Shown: positions 36,650 to 45,989, counted from the stretch's first letter. The stretch: DNA of 64,000 nucleotides from a virus (IMGVR_UViG_3300028833_000073:1-64000), one strand, 5' to 3'. Made by a program: numbers and translations. Notes: a model not told the origin generated them from the sequence alone.

Positions 36650-37849
36650 TCACTTAAGAGCAAGATCTGCTAAGAATCCAGAACCACCAGTTGGTGTATA
36701 AGACTCTTCATATGCACTTTCACTCTTAGACTTATGAGCTACTGCTGCTACGATACAAGCTTTATACTGACGAGAACGATCATTAATCGCCCTAAGTCCT
36801 TCTGCATTAACAGCGGTTAGTAATTCTGCACTAAGATGGGTCCATTTCAAATAATAGTTAGCTCCTGTAACCCTAGCTTCATAATGTTTGCTTTTTTCTT
36901 TATCATTATCTTTAGCCTGCTGTGTATCTCCAGAAGGTTTAACAGGAAGCTCATGATGACCTCCCTTAATAATAGAATTTAATACTTTTTCGGTATCTTT
37001 AATCGTCCTATCAGATGCCTTATATGCATCATTTAGTTCTTTCTTGGTTTGCTTTGAAGTCATAAGTTCTGTAGCATAATCAGAAAGATTAATCTTATCA
37101 AGTTCTTCTTTTTCACTTTCGCCATTACGGAAAGCTTCAAATAAAGCCTTTCTAAATTCAGTAGCATCCATTGATCCACCAGATTTTGCACCTGCAGCTA
37201 CAGCTACTTCACCACGTTCCTTCTCTGCCTCATCAGTAAATTTTTCATTATCTTTCTTAAAATTATCATTATTAGCATCATAAAACTGGCCTGCTTTAGA
37301 ATCACCTGCATTTTTTTCGATACCTTCAAAAGTCTTAAAATTAGATTCACTAATACCACATTTTTTAATAGCATTAGTAAGGTTGTCAAGTGTAAACTTA
37401 TATCCCTTGAAAGTGAAATCACTTAGATCCTTACCACTATAAATCTCTTTCTTATACTTTTGAACGAACTCCTTATCGTTCTTCATATAAGAATCAATCT
37501 TCATAATGAAACGCTTAAAGAGAGCCTTAATCTTCTCCCATACCTTCTTAAGGAAATTCTTAATACTCTCAATGAAGCCTTCAACTACTACTTCAGTATA
37601 TTCATACTCCTTACCAGTCTGCTCCATATAGACTAGCTCGTTACCCATTAAAGCCTTCTCAATCATATTGTAATTCTCATTGATATCAATGACTGCCTGA
37701 AGACCACACTCAGTGAGATCCATACTCTCTGAGAATACAGTATCTAGACTATCATCATTTAGCACTGCTTCCTCAAAACTCTTATTTTCAGTGATCTCAC
37801 TATCATAACCTTCATAGCTATTCTTAACTGTCTGGCTAAAAATACCCAT
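36650..37849 (-). CDS. Internal-head paralog family protein
   Basis: MGIFS; VVE-G..IKNFLKKVWEKIKALFKRF; DKEFVQKYKKEIYSGK; C-terminal KSE-S. Confidence 0.75.
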   Translation of the reverse strand: MGIFSQTVKNSYEGYDSEITENKSFEEAVLNDDSLDTVFSESMDLTECGLQAVIDINENYNMIEKALMGNELVYMEQTGKEYEYTEVVVEGFIESIKNFLKKVWEKIKALFKRFIMKIDSYMKNDKEFVQKYKKEIYSGKDLSDFTFKGYKFTLDNLTNAIKKCGISESNFKTFEGIEKNAGDSKAGQFYDANNDNFKKDNEKFTDEAEKERGEVAVAAGAKSGGSMDATEFRKALFEAFRNGESEKEELDKINLSDYATELMTSKQTKKELNDAYKASDRTIKDTEKVLNSIIKGGHHELPVKPSGDTQQAKDNDKEKSKHYEARVTGANYYLKWTHLSAELLTAVNAEGLRAINDRSRQYKACIVAAVAHKSKSESAYEESYTPTGGSGFLADLALK

Positions 37850-37936
37850 TTTATTTTCATTCCTTTCATCGTATATTTCAAAGCATTATTAACTTACTTG
37901 AATGTAATCCCTATTCAAGAAGTCTGGTTAAAGACT

Positions 37937-37949
37937 TTATCTCTATGTT
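37937..37949 (-). promoter_or_regulatory. Putative late promoter AACA-N6-TAA
   Basis: AACA-TAGAGA-TAA just downstream of the 37965-37990 terminator. Confidence 0.6.
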
Positions 37950-37995
37950 TAAATGATCAATTTAAAGAGGATACCATTAGGTATCCTCTTATATC

Positions 37996-39207
37996 TTACT
38001 TCATAACCACACTAGAGAAAGGAGTATAACCAAGACTAGCAGATTCTGCTAACTGTGCTACACTCTCATTCTTAGGCTTATGAGCCACATAGGCAATGAT
38101 AATTGCCTTATTCTGTCTAGACCTTTCTTTAAGAGCATTAAGACATGCTCCTTCAATAGTTAGTACACATGTTTTAGTATCTTTAATTGCTCGCATATTA
38201 AGGCTTAATGTTTTTGCAGCTCTATCACTTTGTTCCTTTCCAGTTGCATTAATAATAGATTTTTGTGCATTTCCATCTTTATCATAACGAGTAATGGTAG
38301 CAGATGATGATTTTGCATCTTTATCATCTAATGGCTGAGTTTTAAAAAAATCTTTTTGTCTTCTATCTACTTCTTTATCATCTTCATCTATAGATTTCTT
38401 TGCAGCTTTTAACATATCTGTCATTGTTTTCTTTGTTTCTTTTGATGTCATAAGTTCAGTAGCAATACCACTAATACCACCAGGAAAATCTTTTTCATCC
38501 AATTCTTCTTTAGATTCTTCTCCGCTATGATAAGCATTACGAAGTTCTTTAGTAAATTCAGATTGGGTTAAGGAGCTAGATGATTTTCCTGTTAAAGTTG
38601 TTATTACTTTTCCTCTAAACGCATCTGCAAGATCTTCGTATTTATCTTCAGTTTTCTTAAGATCATCTAGTGGTTTGGCAGTAGATCCTGCTAATTCTCT
38701 ATAGTCCATAGATTTAGCAACACAATCTTGAACAGCCTTACTAGTATTATCAAATGCAGACTTACTAAATTTCCATCCTTTAAAGGTGAAGTCAGTTAGA
38801 CTCTTACCACTATAAATTTCTTTCTTATACTTCTGAACAAATTCCTTATCAGTCTTTGTCCAGCTATCAATCTGCATCATAAATCTCTTAAAGAGAACCT
38901 TAATCTTCTCCCAGATCTTCTTAAGAAAGTTCTTGATGGCATTTACCATGTCACCAAGCATTCCTTCATTGTATACCAGGAGTTCACCGGTTCTCTCAAG
39001 ATATGAAGACTCAGCTAAAGCAGTCTGAGTCATAAACATATTGTAGTTCTCTTGCATAGTAATGCAGCAATCAAGAGCGCCTTCCATTAAGTCGTCTCCT
39101 TCATAAGGCTCTACATTACTATCAGTCATAATGGAATCAAGAGTGTCCTCATTAAAAGGTTGTTCTCCATGATATCCATAATGGGCTTCATTAGAAAAGA
39201 TTCCCAT
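37996..39207 (-). CDS. Internal-head paralog family protein
   Basis: MGIFS; YNE-G..IKNFLKKIWEKIKVLFKRF; DKEFVQKYKKEIYSGK; C-terminal KNE-S. Confidence 0.75.
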   Translation of the reverse strand: MGIFSNEAHYGYHGEQPFNEDTLDSIMTDSNVEPYEGDDLMEGALDCCITMQENYNMFMTQTALAESSYLERTGELLVYNEGMLGDMVNAIKNFLKKIWEKIKVLFKRFMMQIDSWTKTDKEFVQKYKKEIYSGKSLTDFTFKGWKFSKSAFDNTSKAVQDCVAKSMDYRELAGSTAKPLDDLKKTEDKYEDLADAFRGKVITTLTGKSSSSLTQSEFTKELRNAYHSGEESKEELDEKDFPGGISGIATELMTSKETKKTMTDMLKAAKKSIDEDDKEVDRRQKDFFKTQPLDDKDAKSSSATITRYDKDGNAQKSIINATGKEQSDRAAKTLSLNMRAIKDTKTCVLTIEGACLNALKERSRQNKAIIIAYVAHKPKNESVAQLAESASLGYTPFSSVVMK

Positions 39208-39231
39208 AGTTATATCACCTCATGAAAGATT

Positions 39232-39510
39232 TTATTTGAAATTGAAGTTGAAGAATGCTGATTCATTCTTGCTATCGCTGTCATCCTTATCATCATTGTC
39301 TTCTGTATCAACATCATCGTCGGTATCTGGTTCCATGTCATCATTGAGCTTCTTACTCTTCTTAGATGACTTCTTATCTGTATCCTTCTTTTTCTTCTTC
39401 TTAGACTTTCCAGCCTCATCAAGAAGAATTTCAGGATCATAAGAACCATCATCGTTAATTAAAGACTCATGAATGTAAACTCCACGCTTTGAATCATATG
39501 CATATCCCAT
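39232..39510 (-). CDS. Small K/D-rich protein with conserved leader
   Basis: MGY..DS.RGVYIHESL leader shared with the next gene; SD GAGG. Confidence 0.75.
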   Translation of the reverse strand: MGYAYDSKRGVYIHESLINDDGSYDPEILLDEAGKSKKKKKKDTDKKSSKKSKKLNDDMEPDTDDDVDTEDNDDKDDSDSKNESAFFNFNFK

Positions 39511-39525
39511 GATATAACAACTCCT

Positions 39526-40002
39526 TTATTTCAACTCAAGACCAGAGAAGAACTCTGTTGAGTAATCATAAGATTCATTCTTAGATTTATATCTTGCTAG
39601 CATTTCTTGCCTTTTTTCAATTTTATCATCATGCTTTTTACCTGCCTTGTCTAAAGAACGAGCAGAAACTCCTTTAGCCTTAGCAGCGGTTATTCTTTCA
39701 CTAGTTCTCTGAGGATGTCTAGCCCATGAATCTTTGGCCCATGTTGCATTATCCTCTTTAGATGTCGATCCTTTATACTTTTCTTTAGATGCTGCAAATT
39801 TTGTATCTGCAGCAGAAATTTCAGAATCTCTATGATATCTTCCTACTCCACCAGCCTTTTTATTAAACTTCTTTCCGGCTGCATTATTATTTATTACTGC
39901 ATGAATATTTTCATTCAATATATCAGCATCATAATGTCCGTTCTCATCTACTAAAGACTCATGAATATATACTCCTCTATCAGAGTCAAATAGATATCCC
40001 AT
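39526..40002 (-). CDS. Small basic protein with conserved leader
   Basis: Same leader and SKNES tail as 39232..39510, with an unrelated K/A/R-rich middle. Confidence 0.75.
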   Translation of the reverse strand: MGYLFDSDRGVYIHESLVDENGHYDADILNENIHAVINNNAAGKKFNKKAGGVGRYHRDSEISAADTKFAASKEKYKGSTSKEDNATWAKDSWARHPQRTSERITAAKAKGVSARSLDKAGKKHDDKIEKRQEMLARYKSKNESYDYSTEFFSGLELK

Positions 40003-40021
40003 TTATTTTCACCATCCTTGT

Positions 40022-42616
40022 CTAATTCATTACCTGAATAGTAATATCAGGTAGGTCTTTACTAGTAATGTTCACGCATATCAATTCAGGTACTTTTGTG
40101 ATGTCTGTTTCAAAGGGTTCCCTTGTAAGATGCTGTATAGAAGTATCATAATGATTGAAGTTAACAAAGTCAAAGAATTCAATTTGAGTCTTAAACTCTT
40201 CATATACAGCGGACTGAAGATTAGCAAAGTGAAGATCTCCAAGATTATTGAAGTTCTCTATATATTCCTTGATGTAGTTGGTAATATCAGTAAGATATTC
40301 CTCAGTAGCAGCAGGAGTAGGTTTAGTTCTGAATACAGGAGATATAGATGTGTTATCTAATTGAGTATCATTCTCTACTTTAAAGAATCTAGCAGGACCA
40401 TATGTGTTGAATAGCTTTATATCTACACCAAATCCATCTTCTATAGTTACTAGCTTGAAGTCTATGTAGTGTCTTACAATCTCTAGATACTCTACGATGT
40501 TTCTTATTCTCTCTTCGGTGATTACATAGTCATATTTGATACAAGGTACCTTCTTAATACTGTATCTAAGACTATTATCAGTACCCTGGGAGATATTGAT
40601 AAATGTGGATATGACTTTGCTATAGTTGTAATACATCGGTACTCCATTCATAATCGAGTACATGTTACAACAAGTCCATCCTTCTAGACCATTAACATAA
40701 GTGGATATAGCTCCTCTACCAGTATAGTCTTCAGATAGTTTAGCAAGTATATAGATATCAACATCTGTAGTTTCTGGGAAATATCCATCAATAGTGTAAG
40801 TTTGGTGAATATCATATAGATTCAATAGTTTAAGATTCATATCTTTATCCATAGTATTATCTGTGGTAAATCTGAAGTCATATCTGAATGATTGATCTTC
40901 ATCATTATAACTAACAAAGTCTGCATAAGCATATCTAGAAGGAGTACCATCTTTATTCTTAAGGATAGCTATGACCTTTAACTTAGCGTCAACTACAACC
41001 TCTTTATTATTTTCGTCTCTAGTAGTGATAAGAATATCATAGTTATCAGTATTGATGTTCTGTAGCATATTGAGAGACAAAATATAAGTGTTTCTATCAG
41101 TGAAGTACTCTCTTCTCCATCTGATATCATTCACTATGAATTGCAATGGAGAGTTCTGATTAATATAAGCGAAGGTTACATCTCTTACACAATCTATGAT
41201 GTTAATAAGATAGCTGACATAGAAAGGACTCTTATTGATTACCATTAAGAATGGATTGAAATATAAGAACCCACTGTCTCTATACTGCTTCATAGCTTCT
41301 TCATCATTAAGATAAGATGTCACTACTTGTCCATTGATATTTCTTCTATAGTAGATACAGTTACCAGGATATAGTAGATAGTTAGAGTTACTGATACCAT
41401 CGAACTGGTCTCTAGTAATGTCTATATCAATGGTATTTGTAGGAATGACATTGTTATCTTGCTTAATAGCTACATAGCTATAGTACAATCTCTCTAATGA
41501 ATCTAGTTTCTTAATAAAGTAAATCCTTCTATCATCTGTATTGATACTATTAAAGAAGCTTCCTAAATCACTAGTATTAGTTACACTACCTCTAGCTAGC
41601 ATCTCAGTAGGAATCAACTTCTTAAGATCCTCAGTAGAGTTACCATCTTCTCCTGTTTGAGAGTCTGTTAATGGTTTAGATATCATCCAGATATTGTTGT
41701 ATTTAAATCTGTCTGACTTCAGGTCAGACATGATAGTTTTTGTATAAGTAAAGTTACCTTCTTCTCCCTTAGTAGTATAGATATTGATAGTAATTCTCGC
41801 ATTTATTCTAGGCTGATATGATTCCTTCTTAAAAGTACATCTTATAGTCTTCTCGTCTAAGAATAGATAGGTTAGATACTTAGATCCAGTATTATCTATC
41901 AACCCATCATATACTGCATTAAGATGATAAGTATTATCTCCCTCTTTAACATCAATATTGAATCCAGCTAGCTGATCATCAAAAGAGAACTGAAATGTCT
42001 TATTCTGCAATGGGTTAGATGTAATAAGAGTAAGCTCTTGCCTATCTATAGCTACCTGTCTTATCTGAGTCTGTATAGCAATGATTCTAGTATTATTTAC
42101 AGTGAATCTTCCTACTGACTGTATATAAGGACTAGTAAGATCTGATAATGGATTAGATCTAGACATGTCATATAGAGCCGTATATACTGTGTCCTTATTA
42201 GGAAGAGTGACTCTTCTAATGATGATATCATAGTCTAGATGAAACTCAAAATCACCAACCATGATTTTGTAGTTAGAATCTAATGTAAATCTACCAGTAT
42301 AGTCTAGATTCTTCTCTAGTCTATCTTCTGGTAGATATACTACTACTTTCATTATCGCTGGTGTTGCCTCAGCAGATAATCCTAAAGAGTAAGCATGAGT
42401 CAATACATTTCTACCAAACTGAGCTTTAGTAGGTAATGCTTCTAATGAGTTCTCAGAAGCAGTCTGAGCTGAGTTTTGTAGAATATTAGCTTGTACTTCT
42501 CCAAAGTATCCAAAGATACCCATCTGTAATGGTTCATCATCCATATCTATATGCTTCTTCTTAATCTCATCTATGAAGGAATTACATTCATAGATGTCTG
42601 TGAAATCTACAGCCAC
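40022..42616 (-). CDS. Baseplate wedge protein (gp6/J-like)
   Basis: E..PTKAQFGRNVLTHA..LG, YTTKGEEGNF and G.D..STEDLKKLIP..RGSVTNTSDL follow the gp6/J pattern. GTG start from SD GGAGGG. Confidence 0.7.
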   Translation of the reverse strand: MAVDFTDIYECNSFIDEIKKKHIDMDDEPLQMGIFGYFGEVQANILQNSAQTASENSLEALPTKAQFGRNVLTHAYSLGLSAEATPAIMKVVVYLPEDRLEKNLDYTGRFTLDSNYKIMVGDFEFHLDYDIIIRRVTLPNKDTVYTALYDMSRSNPLSDLTSPYIQSVGRFTVNNTRIIAIQTQIRQVAIDRQELTLITSNPLQNKTFQFSFDDQLAGFNIDVKEGDNTYHLNAVYDGLIDNTGSKYLTYLFLDEKTIRCTFKKESYQPRINARITINIYTTKGEEGNFTYTKTIMSDLKSDRFKYNNIWMISKPLTDSQTGEDGNSTEDLKKLIPTEMLARGSVTNTSDLGSFFNSINTDDRRIYFIKKLDSLERLYYSYVAIKQDNNVIPTNTIDIDITRDQFDGISNSNYLLYPGNCIYYRRNINGQVVTSYLNDEEAMKQYRDSGFLYFNPFLMVINKSPFYVSYLINIIDCVRDVTFAYINQNSPLQFIVNDIRWRREYFTDRNTYILSLNMLQNINTDNYDILITTRDENNKEVVVDAKLKVIAILKNKDGTPSRYAYADFVSYNDEDQSFRYDFRFTTDNTMDKDMNLKLLNLYDIHQTYTIDGYFPETTDVDIYILAKLSEDYTGRGAISTYVNGLEGWTCCNMYSIMNGVPMYYNYSKVISTFINISQGTDNSLRYSIKKVPCIKYDYVITEERIRNIVEYLEIVRHYIDFKLVTIEDGFGVDIKLFNTYGPARFFKVENDTQLDNTSISPVFRTKPTPAATEEYLTDITNYIKEYIENFNNLGDLHFANLQSAVYEEFKTQIEFFDFVNFNHYDTSIQHLTREPFETDITKVPELICVNITSKDLPDITIQVMN

Positions 42617-42618
42617 AT

Positions 42619-43572
42619 TTAATCCCTCCACTCAAAGACATATTTGATTGTATTTCTATACTTATCCTGTTCAGTGCCAATCATAGGAGGATTACCAAAT
42701 ACATTATTTACATATCCTAGGTCTTTATCATATAGCTTAGCGTTAGATCCGCTGTATTGTTTACTAAGCTCATTGAAGTCTTCTATAATCATAGGATCCA
42801 TATCTTCTACCATATTAGCTTTGAAGTTAACAGTGAACTTGAAATTACCATCTTCTGGCATATCACTGAATGCACTACGAGGAACATTCTTAGGATATAC
42901 TCCATATAACTTAGCCCAATATATAACCTCTCTAGCATCCTCTGCTAGGATGAATTTGAATACAGCCATTTGGTCATGTATCTTTCTCTCTGTTATATAC
43001 TTACCACCACGATACTGCATAATATTTATACCACCATAAGACTTCTTTATCTCATACTCATCATAGAGCTTGAAGAATGTATATACATCTCTATACTTGT
43101 TATCTAAAAACTCCATAGAGAAGTCAAAGTCATCATTACTTGGAGCTGAAGACCTACGATAATAGATCTTTTGTCCCCACAAATTCTCTGCTGTTTCCAT
43201 ATCTTGTGAGTCTAGATCAGGAAGATCTAGATTACTTGCTCTATGATTATATAGAATAGCAGAAAAGGGTAAGCCATTCTCACTAAGAGATAGATCTGTT
43301 ATAGCAGGATGTCTTTCGTTTATGAATTTATTAAAGATAGGAGTTCCTACACCCCTTACATATAGATCTGGTTTAGTAAAGAACACATACTCGAATGTAT
43401 TACCTACACGATTATATGGATCTAAGTAATTGAATCTAATGAACTTATCTGTATCTCTTATATCTTCTCTATCAAATAAGCCATTACCCATTCTAGACTT
43501 CTTTAAGCTAGAATCTTCATCTCCTCTGCTCTCAAATGATTGAGCAGTTACGTTATCACCTGAATTAGGCAT
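42619..43572 (-). CDS. Tail-tube-like baseplate protein (gp48/gp54-like)
   Basis: YVFFTKPDL, FSMEFLD, YWAKLYGVYPKNVP and FTVNFK match tube-fold patterns; adjacent to the wedge gene. Confidence 0.55.
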   Translation of the reverse strand: MPNSGDNVTAQSFESRGDEDSSLKKSRMGNGLFDREDIRDTDKFIRFNYLDPYNRVGNTFEYVFFTKPDLYVRGVGTPIFNKFINERHPAITDLSLSENGLPFSAILYNHRASNLDLPDLDSQDMETAENLWGQKIYYRRSSAPSNDDFDFSMEFLDNKYRDVYTFFKLYDEYEIKKSYGGINIMQYRGGKYITERKIHDQMAVFKFILAEDAREVIYWAKLYGVYPKNVPRSAFSDMPEDGNFKFTVNFKANMVEDMDPMIIEDFNELSKQYSGSNAKLYDKDLGYVNNVFGNPPMIGTEQDKYRNTIKYVFEWRD

Positions 43573-43625
43573 ATCAATTCACCTCTTTAAGAAGTATTAC
43601 TTTAAGGTCTTAAAAATCATATAAT

Positions 43626-43659
43626 AAACCAAATCTTAGACACATATTATAATTGTGCC
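43626..43659 (+). promoter_or_regulatory. Early promoter
   Basis: AAACCAAATCTTAGACACATATTATAATTGTGCC. Confidence 0.7.
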
Positions 43660-43694
43660 GTATAGTTAATAATGTTTTAGAAAGGATGATTCTT

Positions 43695-44141
43695 ATGAAG
43701 GTAACAAACAATGACAATGTTATCACGGTTGTATTTGAGGAGAGTGATATTGTAAAGATCTCAGCATGGATTGGTTATCATAAACGTGCTAGGAACTATG
43801 GTAGTCCAGAGGCTAAGAAAATATATGAAGCAAAGAGAGATCTTATTCTCGGTAAGGGCGAAGGAGATAATGCATTCAATATTATCTTTGATGAATTACT
43901 CTATAAGAATGGAGAGAACAAAGGATTGTTTAAAATGAAAGTAATACTCATTACTGCTAAAGGAGAGGATGCAGACGCTGCTCTTAAGAGTAGCTTTAAT
44001 GTTGATACTGTCACCAAGGAAGATAGGAAAGGAGTTATTCATGATTTGATTAAGAAATCAATAGAAGTATCTGAAACTAATGACAAGGCTTTCTATGATA
44101 AAGTAAAAGCAAGAGGATATGAACTGAAGTTTGAGATCTGA
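43695..44141 (+). CDS. Hypothetical early protein
   Basis: SD AAAGGA; followed by the GTAC terminator at 44164-44188. Confidence 0.75.
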   Translation: MKVTNNDNVITVVFEESDIVKISAWIGYHKRARNYGSPEAKKIYEAKRDLILGKGEGDNAFNIIFDELLYKNGENKGLFKMKVILITAKGEDADAALKSSFNVDTVTKEDRKGVIHDLIKKSIEVSETNDKAFYDKVKARGYELKFEI

Positions 44142-44225
44142 TCACTAATCGGTAAGTAGGATTTAGAGTACCCATCTAGGGTACTCTATTTCTTCCTATC
44201 TATAGTAGAAATGAGGTAATATTCA

Positions 44226-44861
44226 ATGAGAGATACAAATACTATAAAAAGATTCAAAGACTATGATTTGTTTGTTGAAGAATGTAATGAGCTTAAAGAT
44301 TTTGTTATTGATTACATGGGAAGAGATAAATATGGATCAGTAAATATAAAGATGATTAAAGCATTTTCTTCTTTTGAAAAATCTACACTATTTGGTAGAT
44401 ACTATCGACCAACTGATACGATTGCTATATATCTGTATAATATACGCAACCGTACAGAAATGCATCAACATGCTAAGTTATTAGCAATAACAGTGATAAT
44501 ACATGAACTAGTTCATTCTAATAGATGTGCAGATACTAAGAATGATATTATCTTTAATGCACACAAAAACTATAAGAATGCAATGGAATTAGATTGCAGA
44601 CTACAAACCATGAGAATATTTACTGGGATGAAAGACATACTTATCAAAAGGCCATATTTATTTACTGAAAAAGCAATCAATCAGCAGATAATCAATATTA
44701 AGATTGATATTTTAAAGTATTACTGGAATATGATACCAGATGATGAATCCATTGGTATAAAGACCAATGATAAGATACGTGAGAAACTAAATGAGATATC
44801 TGATCTACTAGAACAAGAAGATATCTTTAAAGATGTTCCTGAATTTGGATGGATAAGATAA
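44226..44861 (+). CDS. HExxH zincin-like metallopeptidase
   Basis: LFGRYY..IAIY..VIIHELVHS..MELDC. Confidence 0.6.
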   Translation: MRDTNTIKRFKDYDLFVEECNELKDFVIDYMGRDKYGSVNIKMIKAFSSFEKSTLFGRYYRPTDTIAIYLYNIRNRTEMHQHAKLLAITVIIHELVHSNRCADTKNDIIFNAHKNYKNAMELDCRLQTMRIFTGMKDILIKRPYLFTEKAINQQIINIKIDILKYYWNMIPDDESIGIKTNDKIREKLNEISDLLEQEDIFKDVPEFGWIR

Positions 44862-44902
44862 TAAATTTAGAGTACCCTAAATGGGTACTCTATTTCTTCT
44901 GA

Positions 44903-44936
44903 CCAAATTCAAAAATAGGCATATATTATATATGTG
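44903..44936 (+). promoter_or_regulatory. Early promoter driving a unit with no substantial ORF
   Basis: CCAAATTCAAAAATAGGCATATATTATATATGTG. Confidence 0.75.
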
Positions 44937-45066
44937 AGCTTAGAGCAATAAGTTTTAAGAAAAGGAGTTGATTTTATAAACAAAGGTAATAGAGATGTTG
45001 ATCAGGTTGTCACTGGTGGACAATACCTTTGTGTAGATTTTTATGACTAATATGACTATAGAATAT

Positions 45067-45370
45067 AAGTATTTCATTCACCTGAAGCGAAGTTCCGAGA
45101 GTCGATCCTGGCGCAAGACATTGTGGGGGCGCCTAGTCTTAGAGCATGGTTAGCTCTATGCGCGTAGATAGTAGTGGAAGGAAAGTTTCTGCCGCGCACG
45201 AATAAGGACGTAATAAATCCCTGGAACGCTGAATCGTATTGGTGATCGGAGGTGGATTAATAATTGAAGATAGTATCAGATTCTCCGCCGAATATGGATC
45301 TATTTGGTCCAGGCGTAAAATTAGAATTGTAGCGAAAGTTACTTACGCCAAATATCCTGAAGAAATACTT
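45067..45370 (+). ncRNA. Unidentified structured ncRNA candidate (transcript ~44935-45405)
   Basis: 13-bp closing stem plus at least seven internal helices, a GAAA tetraloop, elevated GC and no credible ORF; bounded by promoter and terminator. Confidence 0.65.
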
Positions 45371-45379
45371 GAATTGATT

Positions 45380-45410
45380 AGAGTACCTTTTGGGTACTCT
45401 TTTCTTTTTT
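45380..45410 (+). terminator. Intrinsic terminator, GTAC family
   Basis: AGAGTACCT-TTT-GGGTACTCT plus long T-run. Confidence 0.8.
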
Positions 45411-45417
45411 CCTGAGT

Positions 45418-45449
45418 AAACAAAATCTTGGAGATATATTATATATGGG
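45418..45449 (+). promoter_or_regulatory. Early promoter
   Basis: AAACAAAATCTTGGAGATATATTATATATGGG. Confidence 0.7.
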
Positions 45450-45542
45450 AAGGAAGAGAGAGATATGTTTTGAATCATTTAACCTCCAACTAATAGATTT
45501 AGCTAAGACTAAATAACAAATAGAAAGGAAAGATGATTCAAG

Positions 45543-45914
45543 ATGTCTAGAAGAAAGAATTACTCTATTCCTGATTGTCCTAAAATTGGAAGGTATGATG
45601 GTCTTGGAATGGCCGCTGTGCCATTAGCAATAGCAGATAAGGAGAGAGAGTTAGGTATTAGTCATAGTAGTTCTTCTTCATATGACTATGGCTATGATGA
45701 TTATAGTTATGAAGAGGACGAAAAAGAGCTTGAAAAAGAATATGATGATATATATAATCGGGGAAAGAAACGTGGGTTTGAAGAAGGCTATCTTAAAGGA
45801 AGATTAGAAGTCTTGGTTGATTTTCTTGATAAAGATATTGATTATATACAAGATAAGATCAATGAAGATATATATATACTTGCATTCGGTAAAGATGCCA
45901 TAAACCATATTTAA
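45543..45914 (+). CDS. Acidic hypothetical early protein
   Basis: 123-aa ORF after an early promoter. Confidence 0.7.
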   Translation: MSRRKNYSIPDCPKIGRYDGLGMAAVPLAIADKERELGISHSSSSSYDYGYDDYSYEEDEKELEKEYDDIYNRGKKRGFEEGYLKGRLEVLVDFLDKDIDYIQDKINEDIYILAFGKDAINHI

Positions 45915-45989
45915 AGTTTCTTTCCCATCTCTCTCTTCTTTTTTGTCACTAGAACTCTTAATTAAATTAAATAAGGGGTGATTAATGAT

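Noticed and set aside
45067-45370. tmRNA, RNase P, tRNA or group I/II intron identity for the structured RNA
   Set aside because: No GGGG..CCA acceptor or TTCGA T-loop, no GAGGAAAGTCC P4 pair, no recognisable P7 or domain V, and no interrupted flanking gene.
45257-45478. 73-aa minus-strand ORF over the ncRNA 3' half
   Set aside because: It crosses a promoter and a terminator, and the region is better explained by plus-strand RNA structure.
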